DNA of 43,863 nucleotides, from positions 1 to 43,863 of the forward strand of contig JANQJT010000342.1 of NCBI GenBank assembly GCA_028281485.1. Direction: 5' to 3'. Made by a program: the position numbers and the translations under genes. Positions 16,835-25,715 of the stretch are shown one piece after another. The notes under the pieces were generated by a model that did no database searches, was not told where the DNA came from, and was given only the letters and a program-made list of their open reading frames with translations. How positions within the stretch are numbered: position 1 is the stretch's first letter; every line of letters starts with the position of its first letter. Origin of the DNA: Phycisphaeraceae bacterium (GTDB lineage Bacteria > Planctomycetota > Phycisphaerae > Phycisphaerales > Zrk34).

Positions 16835-18850
16835 ATGGTTCACGATTACGCCAAGAACTTGATCAACGCCGGTGGCGGAGCCGCGGATTCAACCCGAAAA
16901 GTCAACTCAGAAATCCTCGCGGTCTTGCTCGGCGGCCTGCTTCTGGTCACCGCCGCCATCGCCTACCTCGTCTTCCCGCCGCACCAGATCGTCCCCGACG
17001 AAGGCACGGCCAACCAACACGCCCAGACGATCGCCATGATCGCGGCCCTGCTGCTCGGCGTCCCGCTGGTCTGGCAGGCCGTTCGCGACCTGTGGGTCGG
17101 CCACATGCGCATGAACGAGTTGGCGGCCCTCGCGGTCACCGCCGCGTTCGCCAACGGCCAATACCTCGAGGCCGGCGCCATCGCCTTCTTCATGATCATT
17201 ACCTCCCTGATCGAGCACCGTACCGCGCTGGGCGCCCGCAAGAGCATCGAGGCCCTGGTTCGCATCACACCCACGCGCGCTCACCTGCTCTCAGGTGACG
17301 GCGAGGAAACAGAGGTCGAAGCCAAAGACCTCAAGCCCGGCGACATCGTCCGCGTCCGCCCCGGCGACAACATCCCCGGCGACGGTCGAGTGGTCGGCGG
17401 CGTATCCACCGTGAATCAGGCCAACATCACCGGTGAATCTCTGCCGGTCGACAAGGCCGAGGGCGACGAGGTGTTCGGCGGCACGATCAACGATTCCGGC
17501 GTGATGGAGATCGAGATCACCAAGGCCGGCGAAGACACCACGCTCGGTCGCGTCAAGGACCTCATCCTCCAGGCCGAGCGCACCCGCACACCCATCAGCC
17601 GACTCATCGACCGCTACGCACACTGGTACACGCCCGTCATCCTGCTGATCATCACAGCCGTGTACATCATCAAACGCGATTTGGACGTGGCCATCTCCAT
17701 GCTCATCATCGCGTGCCCGTGCGCGTTCATTCTCGCCGTGCCCACCGCGATGGTTGCCGCGCTCAGCAGCGCCGCCCGGCTCGGTGTGCTGGTCAAAGAC
17801 GTGGCCACGCTCGAAACCGCGCGCAATCTCACCGCCATCGTCTTCGACAAGACCGGTACGCTCACCACCGGCAAGCTTTCGGTCACCCGGCTCAACCCCG
17901 TCGACGGCGTCGAGGGTGGCGATCTGCTGCTGGCCGCGGCCAGCGTGGAACAGAACTCTCGACACCCGGTCGCCCGCGCGATCGTCGAGGTCGCCCGTCG
18001 CGCCCGATTGGACCTGGCCGAACCCTCGGATTTCGAAGAGGTGTCCGGTCGCGGCGTGCGCGGCTCGGTCAACGGACAAGAAGTCCTCGTCGGTCGTGCC
18101 ACGTGGATCGCCGAACGCGGCATCGACACCTCCGTCCTGGACGAGTCCGAAGCCGAAGGGCTCAGCCTGCTCTACGTCTCGCGCAACGGCAAGCTGCTCG
18201 GTTGGGTCGGCCTGGAAGACAAGTCGCGTGTCGGCGCCGCCGATGCGATGGATCGACTCCGCGAGGACGACCAGATCCGCAAGCTCGTGATGGTCACCGG
18301 TGACCGCTGGTCGGTTGCGCGTCGCGTGGCCGGCGAGATGCACTGCACCGATGTGCAGGCCGAGGTTCTGCCGGGCCAGAAACTGGAGATCGTCGACGAC
18401 CTGAAGAGTCAGGGTCACACCGTCGCGGTCGTCGGTGACGGCGTGAACGACGCGCCGGCGCTGGCCGCGGGCAACATCTCGATCGCGATGGGCGCCGCGG
18501 GCAGCGACGTGGCGATCAACTCCGCCTCGATCGCGCTGATGAACAACAACCTCAACCGCATCCCCTTCCTGGTCGAGCTCAGTCGCGACGCGATCACCGT
18601 GGTGAGGCAGAACCTCATCTTCGCGATGTTGTACATCGTGGTCTTTGAGATCATCGCGGGCTACAACCTGCTCCCGCCGGTGTTGGCGGTGCTGTTCCAC
18701 ACCTTCGGTTCGGTGTTAGTGGTGTTCAACTCCGCTCGCCTGGTGCGCAAGGGCGAGGTCCTGGAGAACACCGAGTCGACCGTTGCGCCGATTCGAGAGA
18801 GCGACACGACCCGCGCCGCACCCGCGGCGGGGATTCAACCGGTATCGTGA
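16835..18850 (+). CDS. heavy-metal translocating P1B-type ATPase (CPC type, no N-terminal HMA domain)
   Basis: TGESLPV, transmembrane CPC (IIACPCAFILAVP), DKTGTLT, SRHPVARAI (HP motif), MVTGD and GDGVNDAPAL. No CxxC metal-binding domain precedes the first TM. Confidence 0.9.
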   Translation: MVHDYAKNLINAGGGAADSTRKVNSEILAVLLGGLLLVTAAIAYLVFPPHQIVPDEGTANQHAQTIAMIAALLLGVPLVWQAVRDLWVGHMRMNELAALAVTAAFANGQYLEAGAIAFFMIITSLIEHRTALGARKSIEALVRITPTRAHLLSGDGEETEVEAKDLKPGDIVRVRPGDNIPGDGRVVGGVSTVNQANITGESLPVDKAEGDEVFGGTINDSGVMEIEITKAGEDTTLGRVKDLILQAERTRTPISRLIDRYAHWYTPVILLIITAVYIIKRDLDVAISMLIIACPCAFILAVPTAMVAALSSAARLGVLVKDVATLETARNLTAIVFDKTGTLTTGKLSVTRLNPVDGVEGGDLLLAAASVEQNSRHPVARAIVEVARRARLDLAEPSDFEEVSGRGVRGSVNGQEVLVGRATWIAERGIDTSVLDESEAEGLSLLYVSRNGKLLGWVGLEDKSRVGAADAMDRLREDDQIRKLVMVTGDRWSVARRVAGEMHCTDVQAEVLPGQKLEIVDDLKSQGHTVAVVGDGVNDAPALAAGNISIAMGAAGSDVAINSASIALMNNNLNRIPFLVELSRDAITVVRQNLIFAMLYIVVFEIIAGYNLLPPVLAVLFHTFGSVLVVFNSARLVRKGEVLENTESTVAPIRESDTTRAAPAAGIQPVS

Positions 18851-18915
18851 TGAACGAGATTGACCGCATTATCCAGGGCCGGGGGGGCGACCCCGCTACG
18901 CCGTCACGCGACGGC

Positions 18916-19923
18916 TCAGCCCGTCTCGCGCGTCTGGAACAGCGCCACGGCGCCGGCCAGCAGCGCACAGACGAACAACGCCGTGTAACCCGTTGCCAGA
19001 AGGACATAGGTGCCGCTGATAACGCTGTTCTGCGTCAGCGCGTCGGTCATGTAGAGCTGGTTGATGTTCGGCACGACGTTGTAGGCGATGGCGGCGAAGG
19101 CGTTGTTGTCAGCCAGACGACCGAACAGCGCATCGCTGGTCGTGCCCAGCGCGAGCGTGATCGTGCACACCATCAGCGTCATCACCTGCCCCAGCCGTGT
19201 GGACGCGGCGATCGCCACGGCGCAGATGATCCAGCCGATCTGAAACAGCAATCCCAGCGCGATAAACAACTGCGACAGCGACTTGCGCTCGTCGGAGTAG
19301 TTGGTGAACCTGGGATCGAAAAACTCGGTGGTGATCGACTGGAACTCCCAGTTCTTGTTGATCATCAGCACCATGACATACGCCGCGGCCAACGCACAGG
19401 CCAGCAGCGTGATGAACGTCGAGTTGAACACCCACCGGTAGAAGAAGTTGCACCACACCGCCACGCCGCCGGCCAGCAGGAACGCCGACACGCCGAAGAC
19501 CACCACCGGCCAGTCGATCGGGTCGGAGGCCGCGGACAAGACCTTCTGCCGCACCGTCAGCAGAAACACCAGCGACCAGATGAACATCGCCAGCGAGACG
19601 GCCGCGGCCACGCCGAGGTACTTGCTGAGGATGAAGGTCGGCCGACCGATCGGCTTGGAGATCACGGTGAGCACCGTTTTGTTTTGAATCTCCCGCGCCA
19701 GCACGCCACTGGCCAGCAGCGAGCCGAGCACCATGCCGCAGAGCATGATCATGCTCATACCGATGTCGATCATCAGCTTTGTGTCGTCGGTAAAGGTGTA
19801 CCCCGAGATCTGCAGATTGAGCACCAGCGTCAGCCCGCCGACGATGGTCAGCACGACGAAGATCGGCTGGCGGATCGACTCGGTGAAGGTGTTTCGCGTG
19901 ATGGTGTAGATCGGGCCAAACAT
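18916..19923 (-). CDS. ABC-2 family permease, with no adjacent ATPase on its strand
   Basis: MFGPIYTITRNTFTESIRQPIF start, about 6-7 hydrophobic spans, and the motif LTVISKPIGRPTFILSKYLG shared with the permeases at 1315 and 25712. Start set at ATG 19923. Confidence 0.75.
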   Translation of the reverse strand: MFGPIYTITRNTFTESIRQPIFVVLTIVGGLTLVLNLQISGYTFTDDTKLMIDIGMSMIMLCGMVLGSLLASGVLAREIQNKTVLTVISKPIGRPTFILSKYLGVAAAVSLAMFIWSLVFLLTVRQKVLSAASDPIDWPVVVFGVSAFLLAGGVAVWCNFFYRWVFNSTFITLLACALAAAYVMVLMINKNWEFQSITTEFFDPRFTNYSDERKSLSQLFIALGLLFQIGWIICAVAIAASTRLGQVMTLMVCTITLALGTTSDALFGRLADNNAFAAIAYNVVPNINQLYMTDALTQNSVISGTYVLLATGYTALFVCALLAGAVALFQTRETG

Positions 19924-19981
19924 GGCGGGTGGGTCTCTCGGTGCGGTCTGATGACGACAGGTTTTAAGCCGAACACGTGGC

Positions 19982-20005
19982 CGCGGCAAATCGGCCGCGT
20001 TTTAT
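19982..20005 (+). promoter_or_regulatory. terminator-like GC hairpin plus T-run in the 5' region of the SPFH cluster
   Basis: CGCGGC-aaatcg-GCCGCG followed by TTTTAT, about 65 nt upstream of the ATG at 20070. It lies in a divergent intergenic region where no upstream plus-strand gene needs terminating. Confidence 0.3.
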
Positions 20006-20069
20006 CCCTTAGCAATCATACGCCGCACGGCCCTCGTCGGGTTCGCGCGATTTCAGGTGAGCGACAAGC

Positions 20070-22160
20070 ATGAGTCAGGATCAACACACGTTTCAAAGGG
20101 CGGTCAGCGCCTCGCTATTGGGGCTGGCGATCCAGCTGGCCGTCAGCGGGATGCTGCTGCTGTTGGGGCTTCGGCTGGACAGCGCGCTGGTCACGATCGC
20201 CATGTTCCACGCGATCGGCGGCACGCTGCTCTGGGTCGCACTGGCCGTGGTGTACCAGCAGCACAAGCTCGAGCGGATCGAAGCCCTCGAGGCCGACGAG
20301 CTGGCCAAACGCCACGGCACCGACAGCTCGATTTTCTCAACCAGCGCCGAGGACCTCTCGGTCGCACGGCGCAGGCTCGGACGCCTGCAGAAGTGGGCCC
20401 TTCCCGTTGTGAGCTTCGTCACGGCGGGCTTCCTCGTCGGCATCGGCATCTGGCAGTTCGTCGCGCGATTCGACCTGCTGTCGGCCAAGCCCATGATGAG
20501 CGACCAGCTCGATCACGACCCCAAGCTCGACAGCATCGCCGGCGCCGACGCGTTCGGCAACGAAGGCGTGCTGTTGGCGCTGTTCGGCGGCGTGGCGTTC
20601 GTCATGTTCATCGTCAGCCGCTACGTCGCGGGCATGGCGAAGGTCAAAGAGTGGCAGATGCTGCGCGGCGGGGCGGGTTACCTCATGGGCGTCTGCCTCG
20701 TGTGTGCGATGCTCGCGCTGGGCTACGGCCTGCTGCTGCTGCCGTCCCCGGTCTCCATCGTGCTGACCTACATGGTCGCGATCGTGCCGGCGTTCATGGC
20801 GCTGATCGGCTTGGAGATGTTGCTGAACCTGGTGCTGGACGTGTACCGGCCGCGCAAGGTCGGCGAGCTGCCCCGGCCCGCGTTCGACAGCCGCCTGCTC
20901 AGTTTCCTGACCAGCCCCGAGTCGATCGCCCGATCGATCAACGACGCGATCAATTACCAGTTCGGTTTCGAGATCACCCACAGCTGGTTCTGGCAGCTGT
21001 TCACACGGGCGCTGCCCGCGCTGGTGCTGTTCAGCGGCGCGGTGCTGATGAGCATGTCCAGCCTGGTGTTCGTCGACGACGGTGACCAGGCCGTGATTAC
21101 GAGCTTCGGTCAACTCGACCAGCGCGTGCTCGAGCCCGGTGTTCACGTCAAGGCGCCGTGGCCGTTTGCCTCCGCCCAGAGCTACACGGTGGGGCGGGTC
21201 CAAAGCGTCTCCATCGGGTCCGACATCGTGATGATACCCGGCGAGGCCATCCTCTGGGACAACAAACACTCCGAGACCGAGCCGATCCACCTGATCGTTG
21301 CGCCGCTGGAAACAACGGTCGGCGAGCAGGACCCCGCAGATGAGAGCGATGGCAACGGGACAACGCGAGCCGTCACGCCCTCGGTCGCGCTGATCGATAT
21401 CGAGGTCAATCTGCACTACCAGGTCAGCGACCTGATCCAGTACCTGACTCACAACGACGACCCGGTCCGCCGTCTCGAGGCGCTCGGCAACGCGGAACTG
21501 TCGCGCTACCTGCTGAGCCAAACCATCGATGAGTGGCTCAGCACCTCGCGTCGTGAGACCGGCCAGGAGCTGCTGCGTCGCATCCAGGACGCGTGCGAGA
21601 AAGAAAAGCTCGGCGTCGAGGTGATCCACGTCTCGGCGGCGTCGATTCATCCACCGCGTGACGTGGCGTCGGCGTTCCACGAGGTGATCAAGGCCGAGCA
21701 TCAGCGCCAGATCCTCGTCGACGAGGCGCGGGCCACGGAGATCGCCACGCTCGTTGGCGCAGCCGGCTCGGTCGAAGAAGCCGAGGCGATCTACACCATG
21801 ATCGAATCCGCACGCTCGCTCAGCGGCGAGCGGGCCGCGGCCATGGCCGTTCAGATCGAGCGTTCGCTGACCCGCGCCGGTGGCGAGGCGGCGGTCGTAC
21901 TCGCCGAAGCCCACGGCGACCGCTGGCAACACGAAAACACGGAACTCGCCGCGGCCATGCGCTTCCCTCAAGAGCTCGCAGCCTACCGCGCCGAGCCCGG
22001 TGTCTACCGCCTGCGCGAGTTCCTCAAGGTCCTCCTCGAAGAATCACGCAAAGCCAAGGTCTACCTGATCCTCGCTGACCCCGAACGGTTCACCGTGCGA
22101 TTCAAGCTCGACGAACCCGCCTCCGCGCTGCCCGGCCTCGATCCCACAGCCACGAACTAA
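20070..22160 (+). CDS. polytopic membrane domain (about 7 TM, about 330 aa) fused to an SPFH/Band-7 (HflK-like) domain
   Basis: The first ~330 residues contain about 7 hydrophobic spans. Then LVFVDDGDQAVITSFGQLDQRVLEPGVHVKAPWPF (SPFH start), LGVEVIHVSAASIHPPRDVASAFHEVIKAEHQR and a coiled-coil tail, as in HflK/HflC. Confidence 0.75.
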   Translation: MSQDQHTFQRAVSASLLGLAIQLAVSGMLLLLGLRLDSALVTIAMFHAIGGTLLWVALAVVYQQHKLERIEALEADELAKRHGTDSSIFSTSAEDLSVARRRLGRLQKWALPVVSFVTAGFLVGIGIWQFVARFDLLSAKPMMSDQLDHDPKLDSIAGADAFGNEGVLLALFGGVAFVMFIVSRYVAGMAKVKEWQMLRGGAGYLMGVCLVCAMLALGYGLLLLPSPVSIVLTYMVAIVPAFMALIGLEMLLNLVLDVYRPRKVGELPRPAFDSRLLSFLTSPESIARSINDAINYQFGFEITHSWFWQLFTRALPALVLFSGAVLMSMSSLVFVDDGDQAVITSFGQLDQRVLEPGVHVKAPWPFASAQSYTVGRVQSVSIGSDIVMIPGEAILWDNKHSETEPIHLIVAPLETTVGEQDPADESDGNGTTRAVTPSVALIDIEVNLHYQVSDLIQYLTHNDDPVRRLEALGNAELSRYLLSQTIDEWLSTSRRETGQELLRRIQDACEKEKLGVEVIHVSAASIHPPRDVASAFHEVIKAEHQRQILVDEARATEIATLVGAAGSVEEAEAIYTMIESARSLSGERAAAMAVQIERSLTRAGGEAAVVLAEAHGDRWQHENTELAAAMRFPQELAAYRAEPGVYRLREFLKVLLEESRKAKVYLILADPERFTVRFKLDEPASALPGLDPTATN

Positions 22161-22198
22161 ACCAACCGAAAGAAACGATCAATCAAGGATATGCGGCA

Positions 22199-23155
22199 AT
22201 GAAAAAACTCTCTTCCATCCTGCTCGGCCTACTGCTCCTGCTGTTCTTCCTGGGCTACATGGTCACGTTCAGCGTGGGCCACAACCAGATCGCGGTGAAG
22301 TCCACCTTCGGCGTTGTTGGTGAGGACTCGGTCTACCACGGACGCGACGGCACGGGACGCGGCGTGCTCGGCAACCTCCACTTCAAGTGGTTCAACCCGA
22401 TCCAGAGCATCGAAACCTATTCCGCCCTCGTGCAACAGCTCGACATCGAGCCGACCCAGATCAAGCTGGACGACAACAACGTCGCCGTGGTGCAGCTGTT
22501 CGTCACGTGGCAGATCACCGACGCCAAGCTGTTTTACACCAAGCTGCGCACCGAAGACGAGGCGCGCCAGCGCCTCAAGGAACTGCTCCGCGACGCCACC
22601 AATCAGATCGCCAGCTACCGCTTCGAAGACCTGACCAACATCGACCCGGCCAAGCTGAAGATCACCGAGGCGCAGCAGAAGATCGCACAGACCCTGCAGG
22701 CCACCGCGGACGCCAGCGAGTACGGCATCACGATCCGCTCGGTCGGCATCGAGCGTTTGCTGCTGCCCTCGGAGGTGGCCAGCAAGGTGTTCGATCAGAT
22801 GAAGCAGACGCGCGAGACGCTGGCGTCGAAGGAGACCGAGGCGGGCAAGGCCGAGGCCACACAGATCCTCAGCCGCGCCGACTCGATCGCCACGCAGATC
22901 CTGAGCTTCGCCAACACGCGCGCCGAGGCCATCCGCAGCGAGGGCCGCATCGCCGTCGGCGAGAAGATCCGTGAGTTCCGCGACGATCCGGAGTTCGCCG
23001 AGTTCCTCCTGCGGCTGCAGGCCGTGCGACAGATGCTGGCCAACAACCCCACGATCATCGCCGACCCGCGCATGATCCCGTTCGACGTGTTTCCCCAGAT
23101 GAAAGAGCTGGAAGGGCGCTCCGGTATCAGCGCCTCCGATGACAACCTCGAGTAA
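22199..23155 (+). CDS. SPFH/Band-7 protein, HflC-like
   Basis: N-terminal anchor LSSILLGLLLLLFFLGYMV. Then VQLFVTWQITDAKLFY, YGITIRSVGIERLLLPSEVASKVFDQMKQTRE and an Ala/Glu-rich coiled coil. Confidence 0.8.
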   Translation: MKKLSSILLGLLLLLFFLGYMVTFSVGHNQIAVKSTFGVVGEDSVYHGRDGTGRGVLGNLHFKWFNPIQSIETYSALVQQLDIEPTQIKLDDNNVAVVQLFVTWQITDAKLFYTKLRTEDEARQRLKELLRDATNQIASYRFEDLTNIDPAKLKITEAQQKIAQTLQATADASEYGITIRSVGIERLLLPSEVASKVFDQMKQTRETLASKETEAGKAEATQILSRADSIATQILSFANTRAEAIRSEGRIAVGEKIREFRDDPEFAEFLLRLQAVRQMLANNPTIIADPRMIPFDVFPQMKELEGRSGISASDDNLE

Positions 23156-23163
23156 CGCCCACG

Positions 23164-24525
23164 ATGCAAGACCAAAACCACGAATATCACGACCCCGATC
23201 TCGACCTCGGTGATCACAGAGACCCGTTCGACGTTCAACCGACCAGGGAACTGAACATCGACGAGATGGACCCGGCCAACCGCTCGTTGGCCGAGGCGCT
23301 GCGCATCAGCTTCGGCTTCCTCAAGTGGGCCGTGGCGCTGTTGCTGATCGTGTTCATCGGCTACGGCTGCTACAACGAGATTCAGGAGGGCCAGATCGGC
23401 ATCCGCCTGCGCTTCGGTGCCGCGGTGGGCAAGCCCATTCAGGGCCCCGACGGCGATCCCAGCTACACCGTCACCGTCCTGAACCCCGGCGTGCACTTCT
23501 CCTGGCCGGAGCCGATCGACCGCATCATCGTCGTACCGACGCGCGAGCAGACGGTGACGATCGACAGCGCATTCTTCTTCCTGCTTCAGGAACGGGAATC
23601 CCACAAGCCGCTGACCGAGCGCACCTTGTTACCGGGCGGCCTCTTGCCCGGTCGCGACGGCTACCTGCTCACCGCCGACCGCAACATCGTCCACGGACAG
23701 TGGGCCGTCACCTTCCGTATCGACCCGGCCGACGCCGAGTTGTTCGCTCTCAACCTCGGCAGCGAAGACCTGACCGAGTCGCTCCAGGCCGCCCACGACA
23801 TGGTCAGCCGCGTCGCCCAGTGTGCCATCCTCCAGGTCGTCGCCACCATCACCGCCGACGACTTCATGGAGAAACAGACCGTCCCGGCCCGCTCGATCGA
23901 GATCGCCCAGCAGATGCTCGACGACATCGGCTGCGGCATCACGATCACCAACATCTCGCACGCCGAGGCACACGTCCCGCCGAGCGTGCGCGACAGCTTC
24001 AACCGCGTGACCCAGGCCAACGCCGAACGCAAACGACTCCGCGACGAGGCGATCAGCAAGGAAAACGCCAAGCTGCAGAACGTCGCGGGCGCGGGGTACC
24101 CCGTCTTGCTGGAAGCGATGCGCAACTACCAGGACGCCCGCATCCTCGGTGAGTCCGCCCGCATCGAGTCCACGCATCAACAGATCGATGCGCTGCTGAC
24201 CGACAACCAGTCCATGTCCGACAACGCCATCGGCGGCCGCGTCGCGGAGGTGATCAGCGCCGCCATCGCCGACCGCACCGGCATGGTCCAGCGCATCGAA
24301 TCCGATGTGAACAACTTCCGCGGCCACTATTCCGCCTTCGGCGACGACCCCGTCCTGCGCCGCATCAAGATGCAGCGCCTCTGGTACGACACGCTCGACG
24401 ACATCTTCGCCGAGAAACACGAGCTGTTCCGACTGCCGACCAATGCGCCTCACCTGATCATCGAGATCGGACGCAACCCCGAGATCAAGCAGCGCATCGT
24501 ACAAGACGACGAATCGGAGGAGTAA
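23164..24525 (+). CDS. SPFH/Band-7 protein, HflK-like
   Basis: Cytoplasmic N-terminus, anchor WAVALLLIVFIGYGCY, then IQEGQIGIRLRFGAAVG...LNPGVHFSWPEPIDR, LLTADRNIVHGQWAVTFRI and GITITNISHAEAHVPPSVRDSFNRVTQANAERKR. Confidence 0.8.
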   Translation: MQDQNHEYHDPDLDLGDHRDPFDVQPTRELNIDEMDPANRSLAEALRISFGFLKWAVALLLIVFIGYGCYNEIQEGQIGIRLRFGAAVGKPIQGPDGDPSYTVTVLNPGVHFSWPEPIDRIIVVPTREQTVTIDSAFFFLLQERESHKPLTERTLLPGGLLPGRDGYLLTADRNIVHGQWAVTFRIDPADAELFALNLGSEDLTESLQAAHDMVSRVAQCAILQVVATITADDFMEKQTVPARSIEIAQQMLDDIGCGITITNISHAEAHVPPSVRDSFNRVTQANAERKRLRDEAISKENAKLQNVAGAGYPVLLEAMRNYQDARILGESARIESTHQQIDALLTDNQSMSDNAIGGRVAEVISAAIADRTGMVQRIESDVNNFRGHYSAFGDDPVLRRIKMQRLWYDTLDDIFAEKHELFRLPTNAPHLIIEIGRNPEIKQRIVQDDESEE

Positions 24526-24527
24526 GC

Positions 24528-25715
24528 ATGGTCAGCCAGCAACCGGTGATCCAGACGTTCGGCCTGACCAAGGTCTTCAAGGACTTCTGGATGCGCCCGC
24601 GCATCCGGGCCGTCGATCATCTCGACCTCACCGTCGAGCCGCATCAGGTGTTCGGCCTGCTCGGGCCCAACGGCTCGGGCAAGAGCACCACGATCAAGAT
24701 CCTGCTCGGCCTGCTGTTCCCCACGCGCGGCAAGGCCGCCGTATTCGGTCGTCTGCCCAGCGAGGTCGTCACCAAACAGCGCATCGGCTACCTCCCCGAA
24801 GAGTCCTACCTCTACCGCTACCTCAACGCGCGCGAGACGCTCGACTACTACGGCCGCATCTTCCACATCGACCGACACACGCGCGTCAAACGCATCGACA
24901 TGCTCCTGGAGATGGTCGGTCTCGACGCCGTGCAACGACGCCCCGTCGGTGAGTATTCCAAGGGCATGCAGCGCCGCATCGGTCTGGCCCAGGCGCTGAT
25001 CAACGACCCCGAGCTGCTCATCCTCGACGAACCGACCACCGGCCTCGATCCCATCGGCACACGACAGATCAAGGACCTCATCCTCCACCTCAAGGAGCGC
25101 GGCAAGACGGTGCTTCTGTCCAGTCACCTGCTGGCCGATGTCGAGGACGTGTGTGACCGCGTCACCATTCTCTACGGCGGCAAGAAGCGGGCCGAGGGAA
25201 CGGTCGACGAGTTGTTGGAAGTGGAAGACTCACGCGTGATCGAAACCGATGCGCTCAAGCAAGAAACGATCGACAAGATCGAACGGCTCATCCAGGAAGA
25301 AGAGGGCGGCGCGATCCGTCGCGTCGAGCGTCCGCGTCAGAAACTCGAGGCGTTGTTTCTCGATATCGTGCACGCGGCTCAGGACGAGGGCGCCGCAACC
25401 AGCGGCGCGGTGGCCGGCGGAGCCGTTGCCGAGTTCCTCGCACGCGACGCACACATGCCCGAACAGGTCGACGGCGACGCGCTCATCGACCGGCTCACGC
25501 GCGTCGAACCGGAAGCCCCGGCGCTATCGCCCCCTGTCCAGTCGGCCGAGCCGATCAAGCCGACCGGGCCCGATACCGACGTGCTCGAAGGACTGACCCG
25601 AAGCGAACCTGTCGATTCCGCGCCCAAGCCCGAGCAGAAAGAAGAACCGCAGCCCAAGCGCGACATGGATCGTGGTGTGATCGATGACCTGATGGGTGGA
25701 GGCGGCGCGTCGTGA
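24528..25715 (+). CDS. ABC transporter ATP-binding protein (paralogue of 338-1318) with a P/E-rich C-terminal tail
   Basis: GPNGSGKSTT, YSKGMQRRIGLAQA, LLILDEPTTGLDP and SSHLL. It ends ...GGGGAS with a GTGA overlap into the permease, mirroring ...ENGGAS/ATGA at 1315. Confidence 0.9.
   Translation: MVSQQPVIQTFGLTKVFKDFWMRPRIRAVDHLDLTVEPHQVFGLLGPNGSGKSTTIKILLGLLFPTRGKAAVFGRLPSEVVTKQRIGYLPEESYLYRYLNARETLDYYGRIFHIDRHTRVKRIDMLLEMVGLDAVQRRPVGEYSKGMQRRIGLAQALINDPELLILDEPTTGLDPIGTRQIKDLILHLKERGKTVLLSSHLLADVEDVCDRVTILYGGKKRAEGTVDELLEVEDSRVIETDALKQETIDKIERLIQEEEGGAIRRVERPRQKLEALFLDIVHAAQDEGAATSGAVAGGAVAEFLARDAHMPEQVDGDALIDRLTRVEPEAPALSPPVQSAEPIKPTGPDTDVLEGLTRSEPVDSAPKPEQKEEPQPKRDMDRGVIDDLMGGGGAS

Noticed and set aside
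17291-18700. 469-aa ORF antisense to the P-type ATPase
   Set aside because: It is opposite a gene with the full P-type motif set, has low-complexity D/R/G/H/V-rich composition, and has no RBS context.
18847-20073. 408-aa plus-strand ORF overlapping the ABC-2 permease gene
   Set aside because: The translation is Arg/Gln/His/Asp-rich and looks non-protein-like. The minus-strand frame gives a coherent polytopic permease with the family motif.
20337-21971. 544-aa ORF antisense to the TM-SPFH fusion gene
   Set aside because: GC-driven antisense frame. No motifs, whereas the plus frame shows TM helices and an SPFH domain.
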